Shown here piece after piece: positions 51,079 to 62,705 of a stretch of DNA of 64,000 nucleotides (position 1 is the stretch's first letter; every line of letters begins with the position of its first letter). Origin of the DNA: Lama glama (lineage: Eukaryota); assembly GCA_028534125.1 (NCBI GenBank), contig CM052844.1, positions 868,001 to 932,000 of the forward strand, in the 5' to 3' direction. Under the pieces are notes generated by a model. The model did not search any database, had not been told where the DNA came from, and saw nothing but the letters and a program-made list of their open reading frames with translations. A program made the translations under genes and the position numbers.

Positions 51079-51131
51079 CCACCAAACAAAACTTTCAAAA
51101 CTGAAGAAATTGACTTGTCTCCGGCCAGGAG
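51079..51131 (+). other. Candidate 53-nt internal exon
   Basis: Acceptor TTGTGTTGCATCTTCTCAG and donor GAG|GTAAGA; purine-rich ESE-like GAAGAA inside. Confidence 0.35.
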
Positions 51132-51779
51132 GTAAGAGTAATGATAAGAAATCACAGAGGTGGCAGGACAGAGGCCGCCAGCTCAGGAGCGTCCCAGCCG
51201 CAGAGCTGGTGTCTTCCCCAGGGTCCGATGTCAGGGCTGGGCAGCGGCCCGGGCGAGCACCAGGCCTCCGCTCAGCCTGTGGGGGCCCAGTGCCACCTTC
51301 CAAACACGGGGGACCCGGGGCGCCTGGCCCCAAAGGCAGGTAGAGTCTAATTTCTCCCCAGGCAACAGGCATGGGGCCCCACTTTTAGGATTTTCCTGTG
51401 TTTGATGCTGAGCGATGCGGGGGTCCTAGCGGCTACAGAGAGTGAAAGGGCGGGGAGCAAGGAGGAGCGAGCCGGGCGTGGGCCGCGGGGCCTTCTGATG
51501 GCCGGGCAGCAGCTCCCTTCCGGGGAAGCGGGACAGAGGCGGTGTGACCCCGGCCTGCAGACTTGGGGGGGGCCAGCAGGGCAGGGACAGAGGGAGACGC
51601 CTCGGGAATGAGACAAGTGCGACAACCGCTACCAGGTCTGGATGCAGCATCGGGGGCCTCGTGCCAAATGGAAGTGGCGCCCCGTGTTCAGAACTAGTGA
51701 GAGTTCAGAAACTTGGACAGCAGTGCTGGGTCTTCGTAAGCCCAGGACCCGACAGCCCGGCTTCAGGGCGGCAGTGCCT

Positions 51780-51985
51780 CCCCCTCGCAGATTGCCTCCC
51801 TGTGCGTCTGCTCCCGAGCACCCCGTCTGCAGGAGCGCAGTCCTGGATCAGGGCCACCCAAACCAGCAGGGACTCACTCTTTCACTCGCTCACACCTACA
51901 AAGACCCTGTTTCCAAACAAGACCACAGTCCCAGGCGCTGGGATCAGGGCGTGGACAGACATCTGTGAGTGCAGGCCTACCAGGC
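51780..51985 (-). mobile_element. MLT1 (ERVL-MaLR) LTR, 5' part
   Basis: GGATCAGGGCCACCC...ACACCTACAAAGACCCTGTTTCCAAACAAGACCACAGTC matches reversed MLT1. Confidence 0.8.
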
Positions 51986-52389
51986 AGGGGCCCTGGGGGG
52001 CGTCAGGGATGGCGCGCTCGTGCGCCAGTCCACCTGGGGGTGGGGGTGGGGGTCATGCCAGGCCCCTGGGCTGGGCAGGGATCCTCGTTGCCCTGAAGGC
52101 TGGTGCCAGGTCCGCAACGAGCTGCGCAGCAAAGCAAGTACGTTTCCAACCCCCAGGAGCCAGCAGCGCCGGCACCCAGACGCTGCTAGACATGACCCGG
52201 TGTGGGGGCTCCGGGCAGGGACGGCCTCCCCCGACAGGTTCTGACACCAGCAGAGCCTCTGCTTTCGATGAGCACTGTGTGCTCTGCTTTGCCTGCTCCG
52301 CCCGAGCATGTGAGTCTAACTCCTCCCCAAGCACATCGCTTTGTGGCAGGAACCCACCCACTTTACATCTTCTCTTCCGTTCAAACGAG

Positions 52390-52588
52390 CGGTGCCGGCC
52401 AGCCACAAGCACCAAGGATGGCCAGCTCGGCTCCAGAAGCTGGACTGAGGTGGGGAAGGGCTCCTCTGCAGGCTCTGCGAGCACCTTGACTCTGACCCTG
52501 GCCTCCAGGACTGTGCGAAGCACATTCCTGTTGGTCCAAGCCCCTGCGCTGGCGGTGCTTTGTTTCGGCAGCTGTAAGGGCCCGACAC
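52390..52588 (+). mobile_element. MLT1 (ERVL-MaLR) LTR, 3' part
   Basis: CAGCCACAAG...CCAGAAGCTGG...CACCTTGACTCTGACCCTGGCCTCCAGGACTGTGCGA...GGTGCTTTGTTTCGGCAGC. Confidence 0.85.
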
Positions 52589-54344
52589 GGCCACCCCCTT
52601 CCAGCACAGGCGTCGACAGCGAACCGCAGCTCGGCACGCTCAGAAAAGGGCGGCTGGCTGTGACTACACGTCTCGGCGTCGGCTTGGCCCCGACCCGGGA
52701 GAAGCAGGTCCCGCTTCCGCCCCGAGGGGTTAGCTCTCAGTGGAGGGGAGACACCCGCAGATGAAGGCGTGCCGAGTCATGTGGACGCACGACGTGAGTT
52801 GATCCGATGGGGGGACCTCCTTGTGGAGTGCAGACAGACCCAGGCGCGTGCCCCTAAGCGACCAGTCCTGCAATGACACCATCACAGGTGACTGACGGAC
52901 CCACTCCCACCACGGCCTCCCACGGTCTCCTCCACGTCTGCTCGTCACTGAGAGGCAGCACGTAAACGCAGGTGTTTTCCAGACTCGCGCTGAGAAGCCG
53001 CGGCTGTCATGTCTGAGGCCACCGGTTCCCGTGCAGCCGGAACCCAGCGGCCTGGGAGGGAGCTGCGGCGCTGGTGGCGCGCGACCCTTCACCCGCGCCC
53101 GGCCCGCCTAGAGGAGCTGCGAGGCGCTGCGGCGGGGCAGCGACAGCCAAGCCAGGAGCGGCCCGTGACAGCCCGTGCTTCTTATCCAAACGCCAGCGGG
53201 TCTGAAACTGCTTGCAAGCCGCCGCGAGGTCTGCGTAAGTTTGGAGTACCCGCTGGTCGCCCCTGAGCGTGCGCTTGCACTCTTCCAGGCCGCAGGGACG
53301 AGGCCGCTTTGGGCTGACGCATCCTGGCAAAGAGTGAAACAGTGGAAGCGGTCCTCGCTCGGAAGGTCGCAGACAGCGCCCTTTGGGCCTGCAGCTCCCT
53401 CCGCCCTCTCCGCGGAAACCCCGAATCGCAGGTGCTGTCTGAGGCTTTACCTTAATTAATACCTTATGTCACCGTCTCCATGAAAACAGTCACAGTGTAG
53501 CTCACGAGGTTTTTTTTCTTGCAACACTTACAAGGACCACATCCTTAACGGCCGCTCTGGCCCTGGGGGGCACGCGTACTGGCCGCAGTCGCTGTCGTTT
53601 TGAACACTTCGAACCGTGCCTCTTGCTCTCTCTCTGTCCTCACGGCAGAGCAGGCCGAGGGGAAGCGGGCGGCGTCTCACACGGCGGCTGCGGGAGCCGC
53701 CTTTGTTCTCCTGACTAACGCGCAGCCAAATTCGTTCTCCCCTCCCTTCCCTGCTGGTGATTAGCACTAGAGGGGGTGGGCTGGCTTAGCTATTAATAGT
53801 CCAGGAGTAAACCTGAATCTCAGGAAAAACAACACATTGTGAGACGCAGTAAGACCCTGAGTCCTTTGCTCACTGTAAGAACGTACCGACGGACGGAAAC
53901 GTCCCACTGTGTCGGACGGCGAGCAAGTGTGCTCCCCCAGCTGGCGTTCATGTGCGCCGCGCGCTGCGCGTACCCGCGCTGGAGTCTAACGGAGCTCATT
54001 TCTCCCGACCACACGGCGCACAGGAGAAGAGCTTCCCGTGACGTCCCCGAGCCATCCGGCGACAGTCTGCGTTCACACAAGTTGTTTTCGAGCTGCTCTC
54101 ATTAACCGAAGAGCTGCCACCCAACCGTGGGGCTCAGCGCAAAGGAAACCAATCTGCGCACCGGGAAGAGCCCGCCCTCGCCACGTCAACCAGCCCGCCA
54201 GGACGGCTTCCAGGAATCAAGGACGGGGACTGGCGGGACTTCGGCAGGTAGAGCATCGCCGGCACAGCGCCTGGCCCGGGGGGCGTGTGACCCCTCCCCC
54301 CCCGCACCCCGGGCGCCACAGCGCACGGCACGTTGGCCGAGCCC

Positions 54345-54520
54345 GCCACGCTTTACTGTATTTCATCGCGGCGAACACTCACCCAGGCGACAATGAACCC
54401 GTTTCCTCGATGTGCAAACTTAACCTCAGAGAGATGAAGTGACTCTTCAAGGTCACAGGATTAGGAACTGGTGGAATCGGAGTGAATCCAGGTCAGACCG
54501 CAAACCCGATGCCTGTCACT
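54345..54520 (-). mobile_element. MIR
   Basis: CTCAGAGAGATGAAGTGACTCTTCAAGGTCACAG...GAATCCAGGTCAG. Confidence 0.75.
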
Positions 54521-54949
54521 TTCCTGAGCGTCCTGTGTGACAGCAGTCCTCACCTCAGACCCTGCTCATCTCCCTTCTCTCCATTTATTCTTCCTTAAAA
54601 CGATGTAGAAACACGTACAGCTGAGACAGAATGAGAAGCTTCTGAGGTTAAGGACCGCGAGCCCGTGTGAACGGGCAGGGGCTCCAGCCCCATCTCGTCC
54701 CGCAGGGCAGCGTCTGCTGATCCGGCCACACCCTCCCTCTGCTGGTGAAGAGAACTTGCCTCGCACCCGCCATCACCACCTGGTCCTCCCCACCCCCACC
54801 AGCCCTGGCCGCTAGCCTGAGCTGTGCGCCCTGAAGTCCTGGGGGCTCCATCAGGCCTGGGGGGCTGGGCGGGCCCAGGGCCCCTTTCTCACCTGACGCT
54901 AGAGGCATGGCCTCTCTCCTGCGTCCGCTTTCAGCCCCTGTGTGGCCGG

Positions 54950-55140
54950 GCAATTCACAGCCTGCCACCTATGCCCCTTCTAAGCGCCCAGGTCAATGGT
55001 TTTGACTAAACTGACGTTGGAATTCAGTCACCGCCACACCTGAGCTAAGGACATACTCATCACCCCAAAAAGACACTTTGTGCCCATTCACCATCACTCC
55101 CCAGCCCGGCTGCTGCCCTAGACACTCGGTCACTGTGAAG
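54950..55140 (-). mobile_element. L1MB-type 3' fragment
   Basis: TCAATGGTTTT...CATCACCCCAAAAAGACACTTTGTGCCCATTCACCATCACTCCCC. Confidence 0.75.
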
Positions 55141-55655
55141 AGCACACGGTCCAAGCCCGCTGGGAGCCCTGAGTCGTGGGTGGGGTTGGGTCCCAACAAG
55201 GTGGGCTCTGACACCTGAAGGAATTCCAGCTGGACCCAGTTCGGGGACCCGCCCTGACTGGCGGTGGGGGAGGGAGTTCTGAGCCATCTTGGAGAGCGAG
55301 GACCCCAAGAGGCACCAGGGTGGCCGACTCATAGAAGCTCCGTTAATCTGATCCTAGGGGCCAGAAGTTCTTCAAATTACTCCGATCGCAGGGTCCTGGA
55401 GTCAGCGCCGTGTGACTCAGTTCCTTTTCTGTGTTTCATATAGTGATTTGCATAAAGACGATGCTTTTTGATGTCAAATAAACTTGGCTTTATGAAGATT
55501 CAAACAAAGATCTTTCCCTCGACTCTTATTTTGTCTCTATGTGAGAACCTCTTTAGACCACGCTTTGTTTTTCATATAAAGTTCCCAAGTTTATTAATTT
55601 AAATCTAAATTACAATAAACCACCATGAGCACGACACCTCCCCAAACCAACACAT

Positions 55656-55787
55656 NNNNNNNNNNNNNNNNNNNNNNNNNNNNNNNNNNNNNNNNNNNNN
55701 NNNNNNNNNNNNNNNNNNNNNNNNNNNNNNNNNNNNNNNNNNNNNNNNNNNNNNNNNNNNNNNNNNNNNNNNNNNNNNNNNNNNNNN
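55656..55787. other. Assembly gap (132 N)
   Basis: N run. Confidence 1.
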
Positions 55788-57189
55788 TTCTCTGCATATT
55801 ACAGACTGAGCTAACGGTCTGCTTGGGACGATCAGTCTTCAGCAGGAAGTGCTTTTGCTAACAGTCTTTTAATGTATTTATTAGTACTTCAATAATATTG
55901 AAGTAGTGCGCTGGCAATTTAGCTTAAATATTCCATTTCAATTAAACATTTGACCTCTTCGAACTCTCTGGAATTCTCAAGTTAGGGACTGGTTTGTAAT
56001 TACGCCATTTGCGGGTACAGTATAATATAATAACTCCAGAGTTTCATTGTTTTAGTGCCTAATGGAGATGTTCTGTATAATGAAAAATTCCCAACATATG
56101 AGTGCCGATTCCCTGGAGGGTGAGGACCAGTCACAATGTCACTCAAGGTCATGAGAGAAAAAGTTGGCGATAGCTGACGCACAGGCAAGAACTCAAGCTC
56201 AGCAAACTCGGGTTCTACTCTCGAGCTGGCCGCTGACACGCAGGGTCTCCTTAGGAAAGCCTTTCTCTCCTCCCGAGCGTCTTCTCTTCTGTGCAATGAG
56301 GTACTATTGCTTGATGCGTTTTACTCCCCAAAGCTCCTATGAGAGCAGAGTCATCTAAATTTCTATGTAAATGACTCTCTGCTAATTGGTGATAAGATAA
56401 CTTTAGTAAAAACGTGGGATTATGACAGAATCTTTTATGGGAAGAATTATCATGATTCTCATTTTTATTCTGAAAACAAAATGAAACTTCATAAAGGTTG
56501 TCATGGCAGATTTGCATTTATATTGGCTTTTAAAAGCCACAGTGGCAACTAGTACCTATAAATAAATAGCACCGCCGTGCGTTTAAGCGCAGCGCTGTGA
56601 ACGAGTAAGCGTGCGACAAAGTCTGCTGAACAAAAATGGCGGTTCTTAATCATATGTTCTGCTTTCTCTTTCTAAAATATTATGTCGGTTTTCCATTAAT
56701 GCTCGTTTACATCAGGCATGGGTCCGAAGCTGGGTGTCCTGGGGCAACGTGTCTCCCTGCTTGTGAGCCTGTGAAACTGGAAAACAAGCCGTCCACTCAA
56801 AACGCAGCGATGCGATGAGCTCTGTGTGCCAAGCACACACGTTTGGGTTCGAAAGGGGGAAAACGAGGCGGGGGGAGGAGTCCCAGGTCCCGGCAATCTC
56901 GAGGCGCGTTAGGTCGCGAGGCCTGGGGTCAGCTCTCCGCCCTGGCGGCTCCGCCCTCTGAGTCGTTTTTTCTCTTCTCAGCGAGGAGCGCTCTTGCTCT
57001 CCGCTGAGTACTTTTATTACTATGTTTCCTGTCTGTCGAATTTTGGGGACATGACAGCCTTCTTTCTTTTCACACACTGTGTTCCTTTTGGCCCAAGTTA
57101 GCAGTTTCTGCTGATATAAAATCCTTGAGACTCCAGTAGGTCTCCCGTGTATGTCACAGGACTCGCAGAGTTAGAGCAGAGGGTCATCC

Positions 57190-57950
57190 ACGGATGTCCC
57201 TACGTAACCCCGGCTCCATCCTTGGCTTTTGCTGGAACAGTGAGGGGCAAGGCAGGGAGCTTCCTCGACACCCTTGGTGTGATTGAAGGGGTCTCCAGGC
57301 CACACCCTTAATCTCTTCCAAGATCCTTATAGGTGACTGACTGCCCTGACGTACTGATCCTTCTGAGGTCTTGACAGCAGGTTGTGTGGTCACGCCCTCA
57401 GCTTCCCCCTTAGAGCACACTCTCCTGTTAGTGAGCCTTTTATGTCAGTGTGTTTTGTTATCTGGATAGGCTGAGAATTTCCCAAAGCATCCTTGCATCA
57501 AGCAGTTCTTCCCTCGACTTATTTTTTTCTTCTTGCATTTTACTATCAGCAAAAAGGAGAAGCCAGGCTATACGCTCAACACTTTGCTTGGAAATCTCTT
57601 CAGATAAATGCCAAGCTTTATGGTCTACAAGTTCTGCCTGCACAGACCTGCAGGACACGGTTCCACTGAGTCCAGCCCCGGATGGGAGGCCCGCCCTCCG
57701 GCTCGTGGAGCTGCGCCTCACTTCCCCCTGAGCCCCGGCTCACGGCGCCCTCCTGTTCAGCTTCCGCAAGCCTCCTGTGAGCCCTTCCTGGCCGCATCCT
57801 TACAGTGCGTCTGTGTACAAATAGTCTGCTCAACACATCGAGGCTGTTTCTGTTGTGCCCCAACGTCCTCCCAGCCCCACCAGCGTCCCATTCCAAACCC
57901 ACTTCGTGTTTCAGGTGTTTGTCACAGCAGCACCTCACTTGCAAGCAAAG
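57190..57950 (-). mobile_element. ERVL-MaLR internal sequence (MLT1-int-like)
   Basis: Reverse complement of 57860-57950, AAGTGAGGTGCTGCTGTGACAAACACCTGAAACACGAAGTGGGTTTGGAA, matches the MaLR-int 5' end; also CTTGGAAATCTCTTCAGATAAAT...ACAAGTTCTGCC. Confidence 0.75.
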
Positions 57951-57999
57951 GTCTTGAGTTACCACGTGAGTCGTCGGGGGCATGCAGGCACCTGCCCCC

Positions 58000-58440
58000 G
58001 GTATATGTGCATATATGTGTAATACTGTCGGTTTGTTCTGTTTCTCTGGAACATGTATCTTGGGAATGTAAGTACATGAATATATAAGGGGTTGCATTTT
58101 ATACACTCGGGTCCCGTATACAGTTATGTATGGAATATACACACATAAGGGCACATAAACATAAGGGACTGGCTTATGTGATTGTGGGGGTCGTCCAGTG
58201 GAGACTCAGGAACCCACACAGGGGTCCTGAGGAGACCCCTTCTCCTCCAGGAAAACTCAGCCTTTGCTCTTAAGGAATTCCGCTGGTTGGATGAGGCCGC
58301 CCACACTGCTGAGGGTGAGCCACTTTACTTGGAGTCTGTGGACTGGAGGCTTAGCCACATCTACTAACGCCTTCACAGCAGCCCCGAGACCAGCACTGGG
58401 CTGAGTGGGCGGGGACTGGACCTGACACCAGGGCGTCCCT
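58000..58440 (-). mobile_element. MLT2 (ERVL) LTR, rearranged
   Basis: CTCTTAAGG...GGTTGGATGAGGCCGCCCACACT...CACATCTAC...CCTTCACAGCA matches reversed MLT2; the terminal motif at 58035-58050 is in the opposite orientation. Confidence 0.8.
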
Positions 58441-59054
58441 CCTCTCCGTCCTGACTCTTGACAAGGCTCTGCGTCTCCAAAGGTCCCCAGCCCACGTTCC
58501 AGGCTTCGTTATTATACTTCCCAGGAGAAAAAGGGTCCCCTTTTCTGCAGCTCGTCCCTGCCCTCCCAGTCCTCCCACCCACTCCCACAGCCTCCAAACC
58601 TGAACCTCGTCTGCAAAGGCGGGGAAAGCCCATCACGCGCCAGCCGTGCTCGAAGGGGGGTCGTGTTGCACTTCGTCTGGATGCAAGATTGCGCCGAGCT
58701 CTCAAGGTGACCTGAGAGCGTGAGACGCTGCGGGGTAGCTGGGGGCCGTTGCCCAGTCCTACTGCCCATCAGATGGCCAGCCCCGCTCGGGAGTCAGGCC
58801 GGGCCCGGAGATGTCGGGGCCACCGGGCAGAGCCACAGTCTGTCATCAGGGACCCCTGCTTTTCCTCGTGCTGTCTTCTTTTACTCCGGGGCTCCGTTTG
58901 GGTGAAACATTCGTATGTGGTCCAGTTACAGCAGATGCCTCACTCTGGCAAAGGGCTGATTCCCGTAAAAGCCCCACTTTCAACGTGCTGCCTGGTCTTA
59001 GCTTCAGCAGGTGCAAAACCAAGACTCAGCAGCCGCGTGGTGACTGCTTCACCC

Positions 59055-59367
59055 AGGGGGGCCTGGCCCTTATCACGGCTCCTGGCAGGTCACCGCTGCA
59101 CCCTTGGAGTTTCCTGAGTTACACGGGGGTCTTTGTAACTCATGGGGTGGGGGGCTGGGGCCACACCTGCCTCTGTGCTAGTGTGGTGACCTGTGTGGGC
59201 TGGTCATGCCAGAACTAACCCTGGGGTGGTGTGGGGCTCACATCAGGTGATACCAGCCCTACCTCAGGGAGGGGAGAGGCTGGGGATGGGTCAGAGCAAG
59301 CGGGCATCACTCGTCATCACGGCTGCGTAATGAAACCCCAATAAAGTCTCTGGACAGTGACTCGGTC
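59055..59367 (+). mobile_element. MER21-family LTR fragment
   Basis: CCCTTGGAGTTTCCTGAG...GGGAGGGGAGAGGCTGG...GCGTAATGAAACCCCAATAAAGTCTCTGGACA. Confidence 0.8.
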
Positions 59368-60139
59368 GGCGTAAGGGCGACTTTACACAAACACAGGTTT
59401 GATTTTACTTGAGTCCCTGCCTGCTGTGCAGGGTTAGAGGCTTGTGTCTGAGAATCTATGACTTAGATTTTCCAAGTAAGCTATTGAAAAATCAAAATAA
59501 TATCCCAGAAGGCAGCAAGTCCAGCCTCAGCCTGGGGACCTCTCCCTGCCCTCTGCCCCGCCGCAGCTTCTCCTGCCTAACCCTGAGGCCGCAGGGCCGC
59601 CTGGCTGTCCCCCACTGCCAGGGTGGGGACTCGCAGGAGGGAAGGTGTCCAGGCTCGCAGGCCAGCGGGAGGGGCGCCCAGGAATCTGAACATGGGCGTC
59701 CATTTGGAAAATGAAACAGTTACAGGACAATGAAAACAACGTGTGGACGGTAGAATGTCCCAGACGCGGGAGCTGCGTCCAAGGCCAGGAAGATGGTCGG
59801 GTCTCTGAGACTAAAACTCAGGTCGGGCCCCCCGCTCAGCACCTCTGCCAGTGTGCGGAGTTGCCTGCGGGTCTTCTCTCCCCCTCCCCCAGACTGCCTC
59901 CTACCTGTGGCCCTGATCCCCGCCTGTCCTGGGCCCATCCGCCATCCTCTCCTCTGCACCTCCTCCCTGGGCCAGTCTCGCTGCCCCTCACGCTGTGCTC
60001 GGCCCCACTCAGGACGCCTTCATCCCAGACGTTCCCGTTGGGCCTGACATTCTCCCCATTTCATCCTGCCATTGGTTGGTTTGCCACTAACAACCGAAGT
60101 TCTCAAGCATCCTCTCTCCCCAGCGTTACTTCCCCGCCA

Positions 60140-61120
60140 CCATCTCACTACTTAACCTTTACAACCTGCTTTTCATCTCATATTTCTATAAAAGCTGCCT
60201 CCTTCTCAGTCATTTCTGAGTGCCAGGTCTGATTAAATGTCTCGGTCTGCCCGGCCTTGACCTTCCTGCAGTGGTTAGCACCCCTGAGCGATGCCCCCTG
60301 GAGCCTTCTGCACCCTGGTTCTGGGGAGCCCGCACAACCCTGGCTTCCCACCCACCATGGTGTCTTCTCTGCGTTCTCAGTGGGCTCCATACGGGTTCCT
60401 CCTCCCACACCCGCCCTTGGTGATCTCAACAGCTCTCTCTTTCTACGATGTTTCCATCTTTGATAAAAACGGCTCACACTCGGTGACGACTGACTGGGCG
60501 TCCGATGTGCACTCGGAACCTCACGCACGCTCTCATACTGAGATCTCGTAACAGCGCTGAGTGGGCACTGTCTTCATCCCACTTCACAGATCCGGAAGCT
60601 GCGGCTTTCCTGAGGAGTAGATGCCAGTCAACCCCCAGCAGAACAAGCATCCGACGGGGCTGTTCTGACCCAGAGACCTGAGCCCCGGCCTCACGGAGGA
60701 GGGTCCCCGCCCCACCCATGGGGACTCCCTCCACCTTCGCCCACCTGGGGCTCCAGCTATGACTCTCAGTGTAGTCCTCACATAGCGTCATCCCCCAGAA
60801 GCCGCTCTTCTCCTTTGTCCCCTTCCCTCAGGAAGCTTTTGCTTTTTTTTCTGCTTCTCAAAATTGTACATATTCTTCAAGATCTAGTTAAATGCTGCCT
60901 TCATGAACACTTCCTGAATCTAAACCAGAAAATCCTGGCCGTGCTCCTAAATTTCTGAACGAGTCTGCACCTCTTCCAAGCACTGCAAATACAATTTTTT
61001 TTTTTACATTCCTCACCTTCTCTACTGTATTACAAACTTTTTTGAAAGCACAATCTGTCTGCATCTTTAATATAGCACCCAGCATACAGAGGGGACTCAC
61101 TATTTTTTAAATGAATGACT
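60140..61120 (+). mobile_element. Fragmented LINE-2 interrupted by a minus-strand MIR (~60500-60685)
   Basis: L2-like body at 60140-60450; MIR core CATCCCACTTCACAGATCCGGAAGCTGCGGCT; L2 tail AGCACCCAGCATACAG...AAATGAATGA. Confidence 0.6.
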
Positions 61121-62599
61121 CAAGACAATAGAAGTCAGAATCCTTCACTCTTCTAAGACCCTCTCTGCTCTTGGAGAATCATAGATAATTTACTTTTATT
61201 ACATTTTAAAGAGCATAAAATCAGCTTACACATAGATAAAACCAAGCTAACCACATGCACAGAATAATTATGAAGTCAATAAAACATTCCGCAATCTTAA
61301 GAACACATGTCAATAACCCTGCCGAGAGAAGCCAGGATCCGTCACACGGTTCGTGGTCCCGGGAGGTAGTTAATATTCCAGGCAAATTTGAGCAGGTTGG
61401 TGATGTGATTTAGCTGTCTCAACCGTGCTGAGTGATCGCCTCCTCAGATCGAGGAGCGGGATGGCGAAGAAAACAAAATCACTGCTCTCACCTTCGATTT
61501 CCTCACCCCGTCCATGACAGTTGTGCGTTTCTGTGTGCGTTTTCCACGGCTCAGGATTAGCCGGTGTGACAGGGGGTTTTAATCTGTGGTTCCACCCATG
61601 AGCACATACAATACATGCAGCTCTCTCAGCACAAGCCCTGATTTTGGAAGATTACAAATTACAGGACCACAGGCAATAGCCACACAGTTTAGGTCCGAGA
61701 TGTCCGGTCATGACGCGGAAGTGGGAGGCGGATACAGCCGGTGTCGTCTGACAGCTGTCCTGGGACACACGCGGCACCCTGAGCTCCGTCTCCAGGATGT
61801 GACTTCGCATGGGGATGGTCACACCCTCCTGTCAGGCGGCTGTGCGGGTGAAGGGGACGAGAGTGCTCAAAACGCCCAGCAGCCCACCTGCCAGAAATGC
61901 TGGTTTCCTCCCTCTGCTCTTCCTCCTTGTATTCAAACCTTTCAGTCTCTCTGTTAAAGGCAGGGCATTTCAAGTCCCCGGTTTCCAGTCTCTCCATCTG
62001 CAAAGTGGAAGCAGTAGCATTATTTGTTACTTCCGTGCTGACCACTGCGTGCAAAGCCGCTTTCTCCATCACTGGCAGCTACACGGACGCTGCTCGCTGT
62101 CTGAGCCCCATTATGGGTGTCCTCTCTGCTTTTCTCTGAAATGCTGCTTGTGTGACCCGCATGTGTGTGACTGTGAGCTGAAACACCAGTTTAAACGTGG
62201 GTTTTGGTGTGCTCACCAAAGCTTGAAGCAAACACACAAAACATCCTGTCCAACTGCAGTTGGACAAACGCTCGGCGTTGGACGAGCCTACCTGCTAACG
62301 GTGGTGGCGGGACAGGACTGAGACCTTGGAGAGGCCGCGCTCTGGCTTCTTCCCTCTCTGAAACGTTCTGGAAACTAACGCACCAATGACTTCAGTGCCA
62401 ACAGCCCAAGTCGTTCATTTTTCTCAAATATGTTTGAAAGTTGACTTTTAGAAATGCTTTCCGTCTGGATCAGTGAGTGCGCTGTGAGTGCTGAACTACC
62501 AAAAGATCTCTCATGAGAACAGCACTCGGCTTCCATACTGAAAGGGCTAAAATGCCAAATTCGGCTTTTCAGGGATAAGATCGATCGCTGCCCATCGGA

Positions 62600-62705
62600 C
62601 TGAACAAGGAGCTCCCTTGAGGAAGCCGACCTCTTCCGTCCTCTTTCCAGGGCCCGGCAACAGTGGGAGCACAAAGTGTTGGTTGAATGAACGGGTGAAC
62701 GGTTG
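62600..62705 (+). mobile_element. LINE-2 3' tail
   Basis: CAGGGCCCGGCAACAGTGGGAGCACAAAGTGTTGGTTGAATGAA. Confidence 0.6.
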
